This document shows, piece after piece, positions 49,631 through 63,889 of a stretch of DNA of 64,000 bases. The stretch is from Octopus sinensis. Taxonomy: Eukaryota. Location of the stretch: contig NC_043006.1 in NCBI RefSeq assembly GCF_006345805.1, positions 85,064,001-85,128,000 on the forward strand, read 5' to 3'. Below the pieces are notes generated by a model that saw nothing but the letters and a program-made list of their open reading frames with translations, was not told where the DNA came from and did not search any database. The first letter of the stretch is position 1. The number at the start of each line of letters is the position of its first letter. A program made the position numbers and the translations under genes.

Positions 49631-50810
49631 GTAATCTTTTCCGAGAAACAATTGTTTAAAAGAGTGCAATTTCAGATTACATTTTGGAGAATTTATTTAG
49701 TTATCATTATCATTATTAGTAGTAGTAAGGTGATTAGCTGGCAGAATAATTAGTGTGCCATGCAAAATGCTTAGCGGCATTTTGTTCATCTGTCTTTATA
49801 TTCTGAGTTGAAATTCTGCCAAGGTTTAACTTTGTCTTTCATCCTTTTGGGGTCGATAAAATAAATATACCCTCCCTTAAAATCTCAGGATTATTGTTGT
49901 TATTGTTAGTAGTAGTAGTAGTAGTAGTAAGGTAGTGAGCTAGCAGAATTGTTAGTGTGGTAGTTGTAAATGGGCATCACTGCCATACAAGCGAAGTTGT
50001 CTGTTTCTAGTCTTCAGTGAAAAAAGATGCCTAGCTATGGGAAAATATTTCTTTGCTTAGAAAGAGGTGAGTGTTGGCAACAGTAAGGGCATCCAGCCAT
50101 AGAAAATTTGCTGCCTCAACAAATTCCATCAGATCCATTCAAGCATGGGAAAAGTAGACATTAAATGATAATGATGATAATCCACCCATCCTGTTTTTGA
50201 AGTTCGCATATAATGGGAAGAAAATGAATAAGTATTAATTTAGTGTTAACCTTGTATAGTAATCATGAAAAAAAAAAGAAAATTTATATATATATATATT
50301 TATATGGCAAGTATGGGAGACAACTCCAAGCATGTCTCAGACTTATTAGATCTCCACAGCAAAAACAGATTTCACCAGCTTTGTTGTTGTTCCTTATAAT
50401 TGCTACAAAAATGGATTAAAATAGTCTCATTGCTTAAGTATTTTTAATTAGATGGAGGCAGGGTTGTGGATAGCATGTCTGAGTAATTGCAGTGATTATT
50501 TTGTTTTTGCTTTTGTAATTTTTTTTTTTTTTAGCATATACTCTTAAGCCTTTTGTTCTGTACTTTACCATTTCTACTTCTTGGCTGCCTTCAAGATATT
50601 TCATTTCAATCACTCCTTTAAATATTTTAAACTGTGCTACAGTAATTTCATTCTTTGTATCCAACAGTAAAATCAAGATAATTGCAATAGAAAAGTCAAC
50701 TTTTGACCCTAATCTTCTCAGAAGGGTCATTATCTTGCCAAAATGCTGCTCCTCAACGTCTTACAGAGGATTTAATTTTAAATTGACCTCACTCTCTCTC
50801 CCTCTCTCTT

Positions 50811-50850
<40 letters not shown>

Positions 50851-51895
50851 TCTCTCCCTCTCCCTCCCCTTTTTTGTTTATCCTTTTATTCTTTTACTTG
50901 TTTCTGTCATTAGACTGTGGCCATGTTGGGTACTACCTTGAAGGGTTTAGTGAAACAAATCAACCCCAGTACTTATTCTTAAGCCTGATACTTATTCCAT
51001 TGGCCTCTTAGCTGAACTGCTAAGTTACTGGGACATAAACAAACCAACACCAGATGCCAGGTGGTAGTTGCCAAACACACACACACATACAATGGGCTTC
51101 TTTCAAGTTTTATATTCCAAATCTACTCGCAAGGTTTTGGGTAGCCCAGAGCTATAGTAGAAAACACTTGCCCAAGGTGCCATGCAGTGGGACTGAATCT
51201 GGAACCTTGTAGCTGGGAAGCAAACTTCTTACCACTGCGTGGAAACTTAGGCAAGTGTTGTTTACTATATTTGGGCTGTCCAAAGGCTTGTAAGTGAACT
51301 TGGTAGACAGAAACTGAAAGAAGCCTGTTGTATGTGTGTGTGTATATATTTTTGTTTTCATGTCACATAGTTGTTGTAAATAAGCGTCACTGTCTGGCCA
51401 TGGGGTAATATTACCTTGCTTGGTAAAAAAAGGTTGAGAGTTGGCAACAGGAAAGGCACCCAGCCATAGAAAATCTGCCTCAATGACTTATACATGGAAA
51501 AGTTGATGTTAAAAAGGTGACAATAAGATAGTGAAATCAGTGTGGGTTTCCTTTTATGTATGTCCCAAATTTAAAAGATTTAGGGGTACTAAAATGTCAA
51601 CACTGTTGCCTTGTCTACTTTGGTTTGATTAATGTTTCCACAAAAGGCAATAAATCTGAAAAAGTAATTTGCTTCCAACCATTTATGTTTGTTGTGGCAT
51701 TACAGCTGCGTCTCTGGTTTCTTGGTAGCTTGTTTCTGGTAAATAAATAACAGCAGAAAAACATTTGCTATGATGTGTAAATTCTTTTACATCTTCAATT
51801 GAAGTAGCTATGACATCATCGTAACTTTGCCTGTTGATTAAAATAAGTTGTATCAAAGTACCATCCAATTATAAGAATTCAACATTTCTACATTT

Positions 51896-52651
51896 TAACT
51901 CTTTTGATACTATCCTTCCTGAGACCACTTCTGGTACAATGATACAAACTTTGTTTTAAAGTGATTTAAATCAATCCCTTGGGATTTAAACTGGTCATAT
52001 TCAGCCCAAACATTCTTACCTGTTTTACATTCATACTGGCCAGATCCTGCCTCTCACACCTATCCCACAATGTCATTCTAAAAATATACAATCACATCGA
52101 GCAAATCTTGAAGCTATGAGGTAATGAATGATTAATTCAACAATGTGAATAAATAAGCATTAGCTTTGACAGAGTAATCTAAGTTATCTCAGATTGAATT
52201 GCATTGCTATTACAAAAAGTAGGACACAATATTGATGCATAAGACTTTAATATACTTGGTAGCATATTATAATTGCAAAATGAAATACGGTATCTCTACC
52301 AGCAATTAATAAACAGTAATCTCGATGTTAAAGAGTTAAAACTTCCCATTTCATGTGAATTTTTGTTCTTTAACATCAGCTTAATAATGACTAAGTGATT
52401 TTACTAAATTCTTCGTTATCTTAAAAATTAATTGCAACAAAGACTGTGTATTTCAACATAAATATGGTAAACAAAAGGTTTAAAATGATCCATAATAAAA
52501 CCTCCCATCTAAACTTCATGTTTATTTATGTTTTTTAACGCCAGCTTAAATATGGTCAAGTTATTTATTTTACTAAATTGTTCAATTCTGTGAAAATCGA
52601 TTGAAACCAAGAATGTATATTTCAACAGAAATATGGTAACAATAGGGTTAA
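51896..52651. mobile_element. Nested and adjacent piggyBac-type MITEs (A inside B, then a partial B)
   Basis: Family B ends and body surround an inverted family A body at about 51975-52180. Confidence 0.65.
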
Positions 52652-55542
52652 ATGCCTTAACACTAAGCTATTCTCATTTTCAATAGTGGTATTATTGTAT
52701 TGCTATTGCTTTGAACTGCATCTTTGTCAAGATACAGCTAAACAGAACGTTGCAATAATACAAATGTGTTTCAGTTTCTCAATTCACTCCTACTCGCATT
52801 TTTTCTCTCTGTCTCTCTCTCCTTCCAAATACATTGTCTAGAAAGAAGAGACAATCATCCTTTCTGTATTGGTTGGTTGTTAAAGTTAAATTTAGTCCTT
52901 TTCGCATTTGGTTACATAATAGCTTAGAAATTAGATTTCTAAAATTGCATTCAAATTTGTGTTAAACCTGAAACTGTCAGCAGTCTTTTTTAACAGTTTT
53001 TTTTTTCTTTTTACACCAAATAATTACTTGCAATAAGTTTTAGTTTCTCTATAACACTCTGGCATGGATTTCATACAGGAAGTGCTTTTTGAAAAAAAAA
53101 ATAAAGTAATGGAAAGAGAATTATTGCAACAATAGATGAGGGTGAAGGATAAAAGAAAGATAAAATATACAGGAAGTATTTTGGTCTTTCTAATGCCACA
53201 CACACACACAAACCCATTAAAAGACTTTTTCAATGCATAATTGAAATGAATGTGCAGGGTTACATTCTTCAAATATATTTTGTTTTGGGGTTTTTTTCCC
53301 TTTTTCTTGAAGTAAAAGTAAATATGTTGTGAAATGATATAAAATAAAATATATAAAATAATCGTGTTTAGTATTCAGGTTTGAATCACTGTGCTGTGAG
53401 AAGTTCTTATATATTATTATGGTTGTGTGGTTAAGAAGATTACTTCCCAACTATGTGGTTTCAGATTCAGTCCCACGATGTGGCGTCTGGAGCAAGTGTC
53501 TTCTACTATAGTCTCAGGTCAACTAAAAGCCTTGTGAATGGATTTTGTAGATAAAAATTGTAAGAAGCCCGTTTGTGTGTCCGTCCTTGTCTTGATATCG
53601 TGATGGTCGTGAAATCATTTCCAATCCCCCATCAAAAACAAGTCTGGTCATGTGAAATTATCTTCTTTGGAAATGAGTAAGGGTTGGTGACAGGAAGGGC
53701 ATCTGATTGTAGAAAATCTGCCTCATTGAATTTGATTCGTGCAAGCATAGAAAAGTAGATTTTAAAACACTGAGGAATATGTTAATGATGATGATTTTAA
53801 TTTGACATTGATACTCCTTGTTTGAAATTGATTCATTTTAGATTCTGGTTTGAAGAAGGATGTATTCTAACTCCTTAAAGTTCTGTAGTGCTTTTCTTAT
53901 AAAAGTCCTTCAATCCTGTTACAAACTAGGGATTTTGATGAAATGCAGTTAGTCTAGTTTAAAAATCATAAATGTATAACTATTGAATGAATTTGGATGA
54001 AATTTGCTGAAGCAACAGGTATAAGACCATAAGCTGATAACTGAACTTCATGTCCACTGAATAATTTAATCTTTAACTTTTTTTTTTTTTTACCCAGTTT
54101 ACAATCTTATCCTTTTTATTACCATATTTCTGTTGAAAATGCACTGCCTATATTTCAGAAATTAATTCTGAAAATAATGAAGATTTATTAAGCTGGCATT
54201 TGAAACAGATTTACATGAAATTTTAATGGAAGGTTTTAATTTAGATCACTTTAACTATTTTGTTGCCATATTTCTGTTCAAATACACTGCCTTTGTTTCA
54301 ATTAATTTTGAAATTAACGAAGATTCCATAAAATAACTTTGTCCTTATTAAGCTGGTGTCTGAAATGATTTTACATGAAATTTGGATGGAAGGTTTTTTT
54401 TAAATCATTTTAAAACAGGAAATTTGTATTATAGAATCAGGGCTGGTCTCAGGGATGGATTGGTATCAAAAGGATTATTTTACTGTATCCAGAGATTATG
54501 TAATATTTCTGAGAGACAAAGCTCTTAGCTTTCTGCATACATATGCAAATATCACAGTTTTTTAGGCGCTCTTTTACTCATTGTTTTGAATGAATTTACA
54601 AAGGAAAAAGTAAAAACATTTATGTTAATTACCCATTTCATAATCATCATCCACTTTTTTTCTTTATTGATTTGATATAAACTTTTTGTTTTTTTTCATA
54701 AGCAAAACAAATTAAATATTTATGAAAAATTATACTAAAAAACATCTATTATTATTAATAAAGCAAGTTGTCTTTCTTCATAGGTTCTTTAGATGAAACA
54801 AACGAGCTAAATAAATTACTGTTTGTGTTAGCTAGTAATCTATTAATTTCCTTTCTTTTATATTTTATCAATAAGATTTGTGTAAAAGTTTACTAGCATT
54901 TTCAGCAAACATTAAAGATAACAATTTTATTCTTTTCTTTGAAATAGTAATTAACCAAAATGGTTAAGTGAGAATCACGCTTCAGATATAGATATTGATT
55001 TCTTAATAATTCCTCCATGTAATTTTGTTTGGTCTCATTTTTCTTTCAAGTGCCTAGGGCCAAGATTTCTGATATCATCACCACCACTACCACTATCATC
55101 ATCATCATCATTTTAATGTCCTTTGCCAACCCTTATTTCAAGCAATGTAGTATTTCCTCATTACCAGATATGTTTTTGTGGAAGATTGGGAATGAATGAT
55201 ACTGCTTGTATGATGGTGACACTCATTTACAGTTATTACATGATGTCAAAACAAGGAGACACACACACACACACATACATAAATGGTAAATGAAAGAGAC
55301 TGTGAAGCCCTTAGAGTTCCAAGATGCAACCAAAAATGTAGATTCTCTTATTTCTGTGGAAGACATCTCACATGATAGGCAGCTGCCCAAAAATGTCATC
55401 AAGGTCCTACCTCCGTATGTGATACAACATTGTCGCTAAAACAATATGCAATGCCATCTGAAAAAAAGATTGTCCTGGAATAAATATAGAGAACACCCCT
55501 GTTATTAAATATATACACAAACATCAACACAAGGAATATTGG

Positions 55543-55831
55543 TGTGCCCGTGCTAGTAGGGTGCCAAGAGCACCATCTGAATATGATTGTTGCCAGAGCA
55601 GCTAACTGGCTTCTGTGCCGGTGGCACGTAAAAGGCACCATTCAAGCGTGAATGTTACCAGCATCGTCTTACTGGCACCTGTGCAAAAAGATTCGAGCGA
55701 AGTCATTGCCAGTACCACCTGACTGGCCCCCGTGCCGGTGGCACATAAAAGCACCCACTACACTCTCAGAGTGGTTGGCGTCCAACCCATGCTAGCATGG
55801 AAAGCGGACATTAAACGATGATGATGATGAT
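55543..55831 (+). mobile_element. SINE S3 with internal deletion
   Basis: Repeated GTGCCGGTGGCAC modules and (GAT)n tail. Confidence 0.8.
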
Positions 55832-56424
55832 GTTTCCATCAAAACTTCTATCAACTGCAAACATAGTAGGTCTTGTATTGTTGTTTTGGGCAGACAAGCA
55901 GAAGTATGTATTGTCATAGAAGTTAGCTGCCTTGTTGAGATGAATATCTCTCCAAAAATCAAATGAAAGAGGATAACTATGGAGAACTACTTAAAAACCT
56001 CCAGCTTCTCTATCCAGCTAATAATTCACCCCTTAACCAATAATAATAATTGGTGCACTTCTTTTTGTTGAGTAAAGGCCTAATCAGTAATCTGGTCAAG
56101 CTAGGGTTTTCTGAAAAAGAAATTAGCTAGCTAATTCACATGTTTCTAATACAATTTCTAAGTGAAACAATAAAAATCTGCATTTTTGTTATCTACATTT
56201 TAACAATGGAGCTTTGTATCTTTGTTAGAAACCAGCTCCTTATTTACAGGAAGATTTCAAATAATTAAAAACAGAAAATATATGTATGTATGTACACGCA
56301 TATTACTGACTTCTTTCAGTTCCCATTTACCAAACTCCCCTCACCAGGTTATCATGCAATGGGACTGAACCTGAAACCATTTTGTTACAAAGTAGACTTA
56401 ACCACATAGCCATGCCTTGATTTC

Positions 56425-56876
56425 ATTATCATTGTTTAACGTCCGCTTTCCATGTTAGCATGGGTTGGATGATTTGACTGAGGGCTGGCGAACCAGATGG
56501 CTGCACCAGGCTCCAATCTTCATCTGGCAGAGTTTCTACAGCTGGATGCTCTTCCTAATGCCAACCACTCCGAGAGTGTAGTTGGTGCTCTTACGTGCCA
56601 CCGGCACGAGGGCCAGTCAGGTGGTACTGACAATGACCTCGCTTGAATCTTTTTACACATGTCACCAGCACAGGTGCCAGTAAGGCGATGCTGGTAACGA
56701 TCACACTTGAACGGTGCCTTTTACATGCCACCAGCACGGAAGCCACTTAGCTGCTCTGGCAATGATGACACTCGGATGGTACTCTTAGCACCCTACTAGC
56801 ACAGGGCTCAGGTGCCAGTAAGGCAACACTGATAACGATCACACTCAAATGGTGCCTTTTATGTGCCACTGGCACC
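56425..56876 (-). mobile_element. SINE S3, long copy with several internal modules
   Basis: GTGCCA(C/G)(C/T)(G/A)GCAC-type modules near 56595, 56725 and 56863; shared tail. Confidence 0.85.
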
Positions 56877-57524
56877 ATATCTATAAATTAAAAATTAATT
56901 TAGATTTTTCCCAAGTCCTTTCTATTTTCTTTCTGGATATTCAGCTTACATTTAACCCTTCTGTTTGAAATCAAACATCAGTGTTTTGTCATCACATCAC
57001 ATTTTCTGAATTTTTGTTGATGTGATTTTAAGAATAGATTTAGTCATTGTCATGAACTCTTGATGCCCTAAAATATAAGAACATCCTATATTATACCTCC
57101 ACACCCCGAACACACGCACATATGCACACACATGAAAGATGCTTGTTTGTGAGAACAGAGAACAGTTGTTACAAATCTTTTCATTGTGCATCTGCGACAT
57201 ATTTTTTACAGATTCTCAAACTCTACTGCATTTTAAAAAGAGATATTTTTTCCGGTGCAGAATTATTCTTTAGATGAGATTTCCTTGCCAGACATAGAAA
57301 CAAACAAATAAATTCTATGATATAATTTATTGACCCTTTAAATGCCAAATCGTCTGAGATTGACCCTGATTCTAGAAACAAACTTCCTGTTTTAGAAGTG
57401 ATTTAAATCAAAACTTTCTATCAAAATTCCATGTAAATTTATAAATTTATGTTCCCGACACTAGCTCAAGTTATTTTACAAAATTCTTCCTTATTTTCAA
57501 ACTAACTAAAACAAAAGCAGTGCA

Positions 57525-57790
57525 TCCATCCATTCTTCCATCCCACTATTCCTGGGAGGTTGTTGGGAGTAGAGTCCTTAGGCATCTCCTCCATAAAGTC
57601 TTATCAAAAGCACTTTCCAGCTGCATTCTCAAGTGTGACCAGCTAAAACTATGGATATTACCCTTATCCAGCCGTCTCATTTTTGGTCTACTCCTAGTCC
57701 TCTTTCTAGTTGAATCTTACAATTCTTTCCTGCGACATTATAATCACATGTTTGTAGTACTGGAGCCATGACGTCTCTGGCTCAACCCAT
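57525..57790 (-). mobile_element. RTE-like LINE 3' fragment inside a MITE B (about 57330-58196)
   Basis: Minus-strand LQYYKHVIIM ... KRTRSRPKMRRLDK resembles RTE LxWFGHVxRM...KRxRGRPKxRW. Confidence 0.6.
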
Positions 57791-58708
57791 GTAGAGTCCT
57801 TGATCCTGGATCTCCGAACTACATAGCCTGTCAAGTAACACTACTCTAGAGATCTTTTGGAGTAACACCATTTTGATTAATTGTATTCATGATCATATTC
57901 TTTTACTCATTACTCAATATTCATGACCATAAGTGAGAATAAGCATGAAAGCCAAATTGAAGATTGCAAGTTTGGCATTTTTCTTACCAGCCTTTCCACT
58001 TTTGAGGATTTACCGCTAGAGCTAGCATTAAAGTGTTCTGAATTAAGACCTTACATAAAATTCCATGTTAATTTATATTCCAAACTCCAGATTAATAACA
58101 GCAGTTATTTTTAAGTAAATTCTACATTATTTTAAAAAATCAATTAAAAACAAAGGCAGTGTTTTTCAACAGAAATATGCTAACAAAAGGGTTAAATTCA
58201 AACAATATAATTTACTAAATTCATATTCTTCATTTGACATTTATCTTTCTAGACTACTACTAATTGTCTGATAATTCAGACAAATTGAAAGATTTAATTA
58301 GCTGTGCTGTATATGTTTCATTTTAGTCTTTTTTTTTCTATCTTTTTTTCTCATTGTTATTTACTTCTTTATTTGTTCATTTATATTCATTTAATCCTGA
58401 TAAGCAACAACAATTGCAGCAGTTACTACACAGCAGCCATTGTAGAGTGTTTATTATATGAATGAGAGAAATTAGAGAGTAGCAGACACCTACTCTTCCC
58501 CCCACTGCCAACATTAATTTCAGCCGTTGCTTATATAATGAGATTATTTTAACTAGGCACAGACATGAATGTGTGGGTGAGAAGTTTGCTTCCCAACCAC
58601 ATGGTTTTGGGTTCAATCCCATTGCTTTGCGCTTTCAACAAATGTCTTCTTTTATGGCCCCAGATCAGCAAATCCTTGTGCATCTGTGCATATGTGTACA
58701 TGTATGTA

Positions 58709-58928
58709 CACTGGGTGGGGATTGAAAAGTTCCTGGCTTTGGGTGAAAGAAAATACAGGATGATCAGTTAATTACGATTTTATTCAACATATTCCCCTCT
58801 CTGATTCATATACTTATTGCAGTGATCGATCAGGTTTTCTTAACTCTGTAAAAGAACTCAGAAGGTTGGGCCTGCAACCAGGCCTTTCGCGATATCCTTA
58901 AAGCCAAGAACTTTTCAGCAACCCCTTG
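58709..58928. mobile_element. mariner-type MITE
   Basis: TA-flanked; inverted ends TGAAAAGTTCCTGGCTTT / AAAGCCAAGAACTTTTCA. Confidence 0.75.
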
Positions 58929-59089
58929 TATGTGCATGTGTTGTGTATGTTGCTTTCCCTTGTCTTGATATTGCATCAGAATTGTAAATAAGTGTTACTG
59001 TCATACAAGCTGTGTCATTTATTTCCAATATTCTGTGAAAACATGTCTAGCCATGGGGAACTATTACCTTGCTTGGATACTGTCTTGGT

Positions 59090-59321
59090 AAGGCGGCGAG
59101 CTGGCAGAAACGTTAGCATGCTGAGCGAAATGCTTAGCGGTATTTCGCCTGCCGCTACGTTCTGAGTTCAAATTCCGCCGAAGTTGACTTTACCTTACAT
59201 CCTTTCAGGGTCGATTAAATAAGTACCAGTTACACACTGGGGTTGATATAATCGACTTAACCGTTTGTCTGTCCTTGTTTGTCCTCTCTGTGTTTAGCCC
59301 CTTGTGGTTAGTAAAGAAATA
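59090..59321 (+). mobile_element. SINE S1 monomer
   Basis: Near-consensus copy; GGATAC duplicated at 59075-59080 and 59322-59327. Confidence 0.88.
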
Positions 59322-60194
59322 GGATACAGGTGAGAGTTGATGACAGGAAGAGAATTCAACCATATAAAATTTGCCATGATGAACTCCATTCAATCTCTGA
59401 CATATGTTGATCTTAAAATATAAAACCTCTTTGGAATGGTCCCAAATTCAGAATGAGAAAATTGTCAATGAACTGTTATTCACAGAAGTGTGACTAGTGT
59501 GTTTTAAAGCAGGATCGGCATCACCAACGATCTAGGCAAAGAATCTATAGTACAGCACAATGTTTATCCAGGATTTTTACCTTAGGCTTTTGCTCCTTCT
59601 CTTAAAGCGAACATATTTCTAACAAGAATATGATGCTTTTCAGGTTTTCAGTTTGCAAATAATGAAGAATTATGTATGAGAGGTTTAGCGAAGTAACTAA
59701 TTTTCAATTTAATAATGAAAGACAAATGTTTTCCAATTGAAATCTAATATCGTTCAAGTAATAACGAAATTTCAGTCAAAATTTTAATTTAATCGGTTTT
59801 CTTTTCGATACCATCTCACCTGAGACCACTGCAAAATCTGTGGTACAAACTTCCTCTTCTAAAGTGATTTAAATTAAAACCTTCCATCAAAATTCCGTGT
59901 TAATTTATGTTCCAAACACAAGCTTAATATTATTTTACTAAATTCTTCATTATTTTCGAAATTAATTGAAACAGAGGCAATATATTTCAAGAGAAATATA
60001 GCAACAAAAGTGCTAGATTTATGCGCCCACTATCACATCATTTCACTCACACACACACACACACACACAAGTGGTTTGATGATTATTGGAAAATATTTTG
60101 TGTGTTGTTTTGCTGCTTCTGAGTTTAAATAAGTTAGAATTAGTTCTGATTGGAACTTCGCAGTACTGGCATCCAGCCTCAGCGTCACCACAAT

Positions 60195-60770
60195 CACCAC
60201 TGTTACCAGTACTACTAGCACCACCAATATCCACACTACTACTGCCACCAATACTACTACAACTACCACCACCATTGTTAGTACTACTACTGCCACGACC
60301 AGTGCCAGTACTATTTCTACTCTTCCCACCACCAGCAATACCATCGACACCACAACTACCAATAATATCAGTACTACTACCATCACCAATACCACTACAC
60401 AAGTAACCACCACAAATATCTATTTCTTTACTACCCTCAAGGGGCTACACACAGAGGGGACAAACAAGGACAGACAAACGGATTAAGTCGATTACATCAA
60501 CCCCAGTGCATAACTGGTACTTAATTTATCGACCCCAAAAGGATGAAAGGCAAAGTCGGCGGAATTTGAACTCAGAACATAACAGCAGACGAAATACTGC
60601 TAAGCACTTTGCCCGGCGTGCTAATGTTTCTACCAGCTCACTGCCTTCCACCACAAATACCAGTACTACACCAATAGCAGCACTACCACCACCAATACTA
60701 TGAGTACCACTACCAGTGCAATCATTACTATTTGCCTACACCATCACCACCACCACCACCAACAACAACA
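60195..60770. repeat. Degenerate (ACC/ACT)n tract interrupted by an S1 SINE
   Basis: Direct reading. Confidence 0.85.
60421..60647 (-). mobile_element. SINE S1 monomer
   Basis: TSD CCACCACAAATA(T/C)C at 60407-60420 and 60648-60661. Confidence 0.88.
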
Positions 60771-61269
60771 GCTAGTTAGTTATATAATTGGTATTGTATT
60801 TCGGTGTTTCCAGCATGTGGAGCTTGAGGTATCAGTTAAATAGTGATGGCAGGGAGGAGAGAGAGAGGAGGAATTCACCTTCTTTGTGTCTCTCCTTCTG
60901 TGGATTTCCCCATCGTGAGCTGTCAGGAAGCTAACCTTCCATTGACATTAATAGAAACTCTGTGTTCTGTATTGTGTTTGTGTGGGTGGTTGTTGTATAT
61001 ACAACCCATCACTCTTAACACCACCACCACCACCATCAGTCTGAATGATTTCAAAAAAAAAATGTTGGAAACCTTTGACATTTCCATTGCTGTTTCAATC
61101 CTCCAGGTACCTTAACCAGGTGGCTTTTCTTCTATTTCTGTTTTTTTTTTTTTATGTGAAATCTTCTGTGCTTCCTTCTCTCCTTTCACTTTCAGTATTT
61201 CAATGTGTGTGCTTATATGCACACACACAGACAGAGAGATTCTATTTTGCACTTTTCACTTCTTCTATA

Positions 61270-61272
<3 letters not shown>

Positions 61273-61343
<71 letters not shown>
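61273..61343. repeat. (CT)n microsatellite
   Basis: Direct reading. Confidence 0.95.
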
Positions 61344-61345
<2 letters not shown>

Positions 61346-62327
61346 GCACCTTCCCTCATGCTTCCTGAACTGTATTTTTTTTACTTTTCCACCTCTGTAT
61401 CCTTCTCACCACCCTTAACACTTCATTTTCTGTTTTTCATTATCACAGATGTGATGTATTCAACACAGGCTTTGTCCTGGTTCAATCCCATTGCTCGGCA
61501 TTTTGAGCAAGGATCTTTTTGCCATTGCCACTGATCCACCCAACCCATGTCAGTGAAACTGGGTTGCCAGAAACTATGTAGAAACCTGTTGAATGGTCTA
61601 TACAGGGTGCAGAAGAAAAATGCTTCTCAACCACATGGTTCCAGGTTCAGTCCCTTTGCATGACAACTTGGTAGATGGAAGCTCAAAGAAGCCCATCGTG
61701 TGTGTCTGTCTGTCTGTCTTTGTCTCCCCACCACTACTTGACAGCCGGTGTTGGTATACTTACATCCCTGTAACTTTGTGGTTCAGCAAAAGAGGTCGAT
61801 AGAATAAATACTAGGCTTTAAAAAGAAAATAGGTATTGGGGTTGATTCGTTCAACTAAACTTCTTCAAGTGGTGCCCCAGCATGGCCACAGCATAATGAT
61901 TAAAATAAGTAAAAGATTAAAAGATCGGTGTGACGCTAGTGAAGTCAGGCAAATTATTAGGATGTCTTGGTGTCTTCATGTAGCTAGTTCTACAATTTTT
62001 TTTTCCACTTATGATAACATGTGAAGGTTGAATTATATGTACAATTCATGAAGCAAGCTTCCACACAGTTTCCATCTATTCAGCTTTGCTCACAAGTCTT
62101 AGTTCAATCAGAAAATATGGCAAAAAGGCCCAAGATGCCACAAAGTGAGATTAAACCTGGAACTTAATTATTGCAGCCATGCTTGCATCTATGCATCTAG
62201 AACTATTCATTATCTAAACCACATGACCTAATGTTCCTTTCATCATTTTAGAAATATAAAGGAGATTTGGTTGCTATTTCTAGCTGAGTGAGTGAGGATA
62301 TAGATCCCCATCCCCACTGGCTCACAT

Positions 62328-62525
62328 TTTTTATCTTGTTTTGGTCATTAGCCTTTGGCCATGCTGGAGCACTGCCTTGAAGAATTTTTAGTCAAATGAA
62401 TCCAGTACTTTTTTTTTAATACTGCTGCTTATTCTATCAGTCTCTTTTGCTAAACTGCTATGGTATGTGAATGTAAACACACCGACACCAGTTAAGTGGT
62501 GGTGGGAGACACAAAGACACACATG

Positions 62526-62591
<66 letters not shown>

Positions 62592-62745
62592 ACACACAGT
62601 GAGCTTCTTTCTGTTTCCATCTACCAAATCCACTCACAAGGGTTTGGTCAGCCCAAGGCTATAGTAGAAGACACTTGCCCAAGGTTCCACACAGTGGGAC
62701 TGAACACAGAACCATGTGGTTGGGAAGCAAGCTTCTTACCACACA
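62328..62745 (-). mobile_element. SINE S2 with expanded internal (CT)n
   Basis: S2 tail, core and head flank a (CT)n tract. Confidence 0.8.
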
Positions 62746-63489
62746 ACTACTTGTTTTAGAATAGATGTTTGAATGGTGAATATATCATTATCATCATTAT
62801 GATGTTCATTTTCATTCTATGCTTGCATGCGGCAGACAGAATTCATTGAGACAAGTTCTCTATGGCTGGATGCCCTTTCTCTTGTCAACTCGTACCGGTT
62901 TCCAAGCAAGGTACTATTTCCTCTCAATTGAACGTGTTTTTTTCACAGAAGATTGGAAATGAATAACAAGGACAGGGATGCATGGATCAGCATGCACACA
63001 CGCATCATCATCATCATTTTTTAACGTCTGTTTTCCATACTGACATGGATTAGATGGTTTGACAGGAGCTGGTGTGGTCAGGGGCCACACCAGGCTCTAT
63101 CATCTGTTCTGGCATGATTTCTACAGCTGGATGCCCTTCCTAAAGCCAACCACTTTCTAAGTGTCCTGGATACTTTTTACGTGGAGCCTTCCATCTCCTT
63201 GTGTTTCGTCATTGTCAATAACATTTCTGACTCACTGTCCCTGGCCTCTTAGATTACTATTCAGTCATGTAGCAGATCTGTATTGCTTGAAACGTAGACA
63301 TAGGTGGCAGCTGTTGTAACTTACTGCGCACTTCCAGCTGGTTAGATCAGCTCATGTCATTGATCTTCCATTGCTTTAGCACTTTCAGTAGAGGAAATCT
63401 CAAATGAGGTCACCATAAAGAGACATCTAAACATCACTGGATAATAAACGCATGTACAACACGAATACAACTTTTTTTCTTTTTTTTCT

Positions 63490-63889
63490 TCTTCTTTATT
63501 GCCCACAAGGGAACAAACAAGGACAGACAAAGGAATTAAGTCGATTACATTGGCCCCAGTGCGTAACTAGTACTTAATTTATTGACCCCGAGAGGATGAA
63601 AGGCAAAGTCGACCTTGGCGGAATTTGACTCAGAACGTAATGGCAGACGAAATACCTATTTCTTTACTACCCACAAGGGGCTAAACACAGAGAGGACAAA
63701 CAAGGATAGACAAACGGATTAAGTCGATTATATCGACCCCAGTGCGTAACTGGTACTTATTTAATCGACCCCGAAAGGATGAAAGGCAAAGTCGACCTCG
63801 GCAGAATTTGAACTCAGAACATAACGGCAGACAAAATACTGCTTAGCATTTCACCCGGTGCGCTAATGTTTCTGCCAGCTTGCCACCTT
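63490..63889 (-). mobile_element. SINE S1 dimer
   Basis: Junction GAAATACC|TATTTCTTTAC near 63649-63667. Confidence 0.88.

Noticed and set aside
60033-60413. Val-, Gly/Ser- or Pro/Leu-rich ORFs resembling membrane or mucin-like proteins
   Set aside because: Degenerate (ACC/ACT)n repeat that is open in several frames
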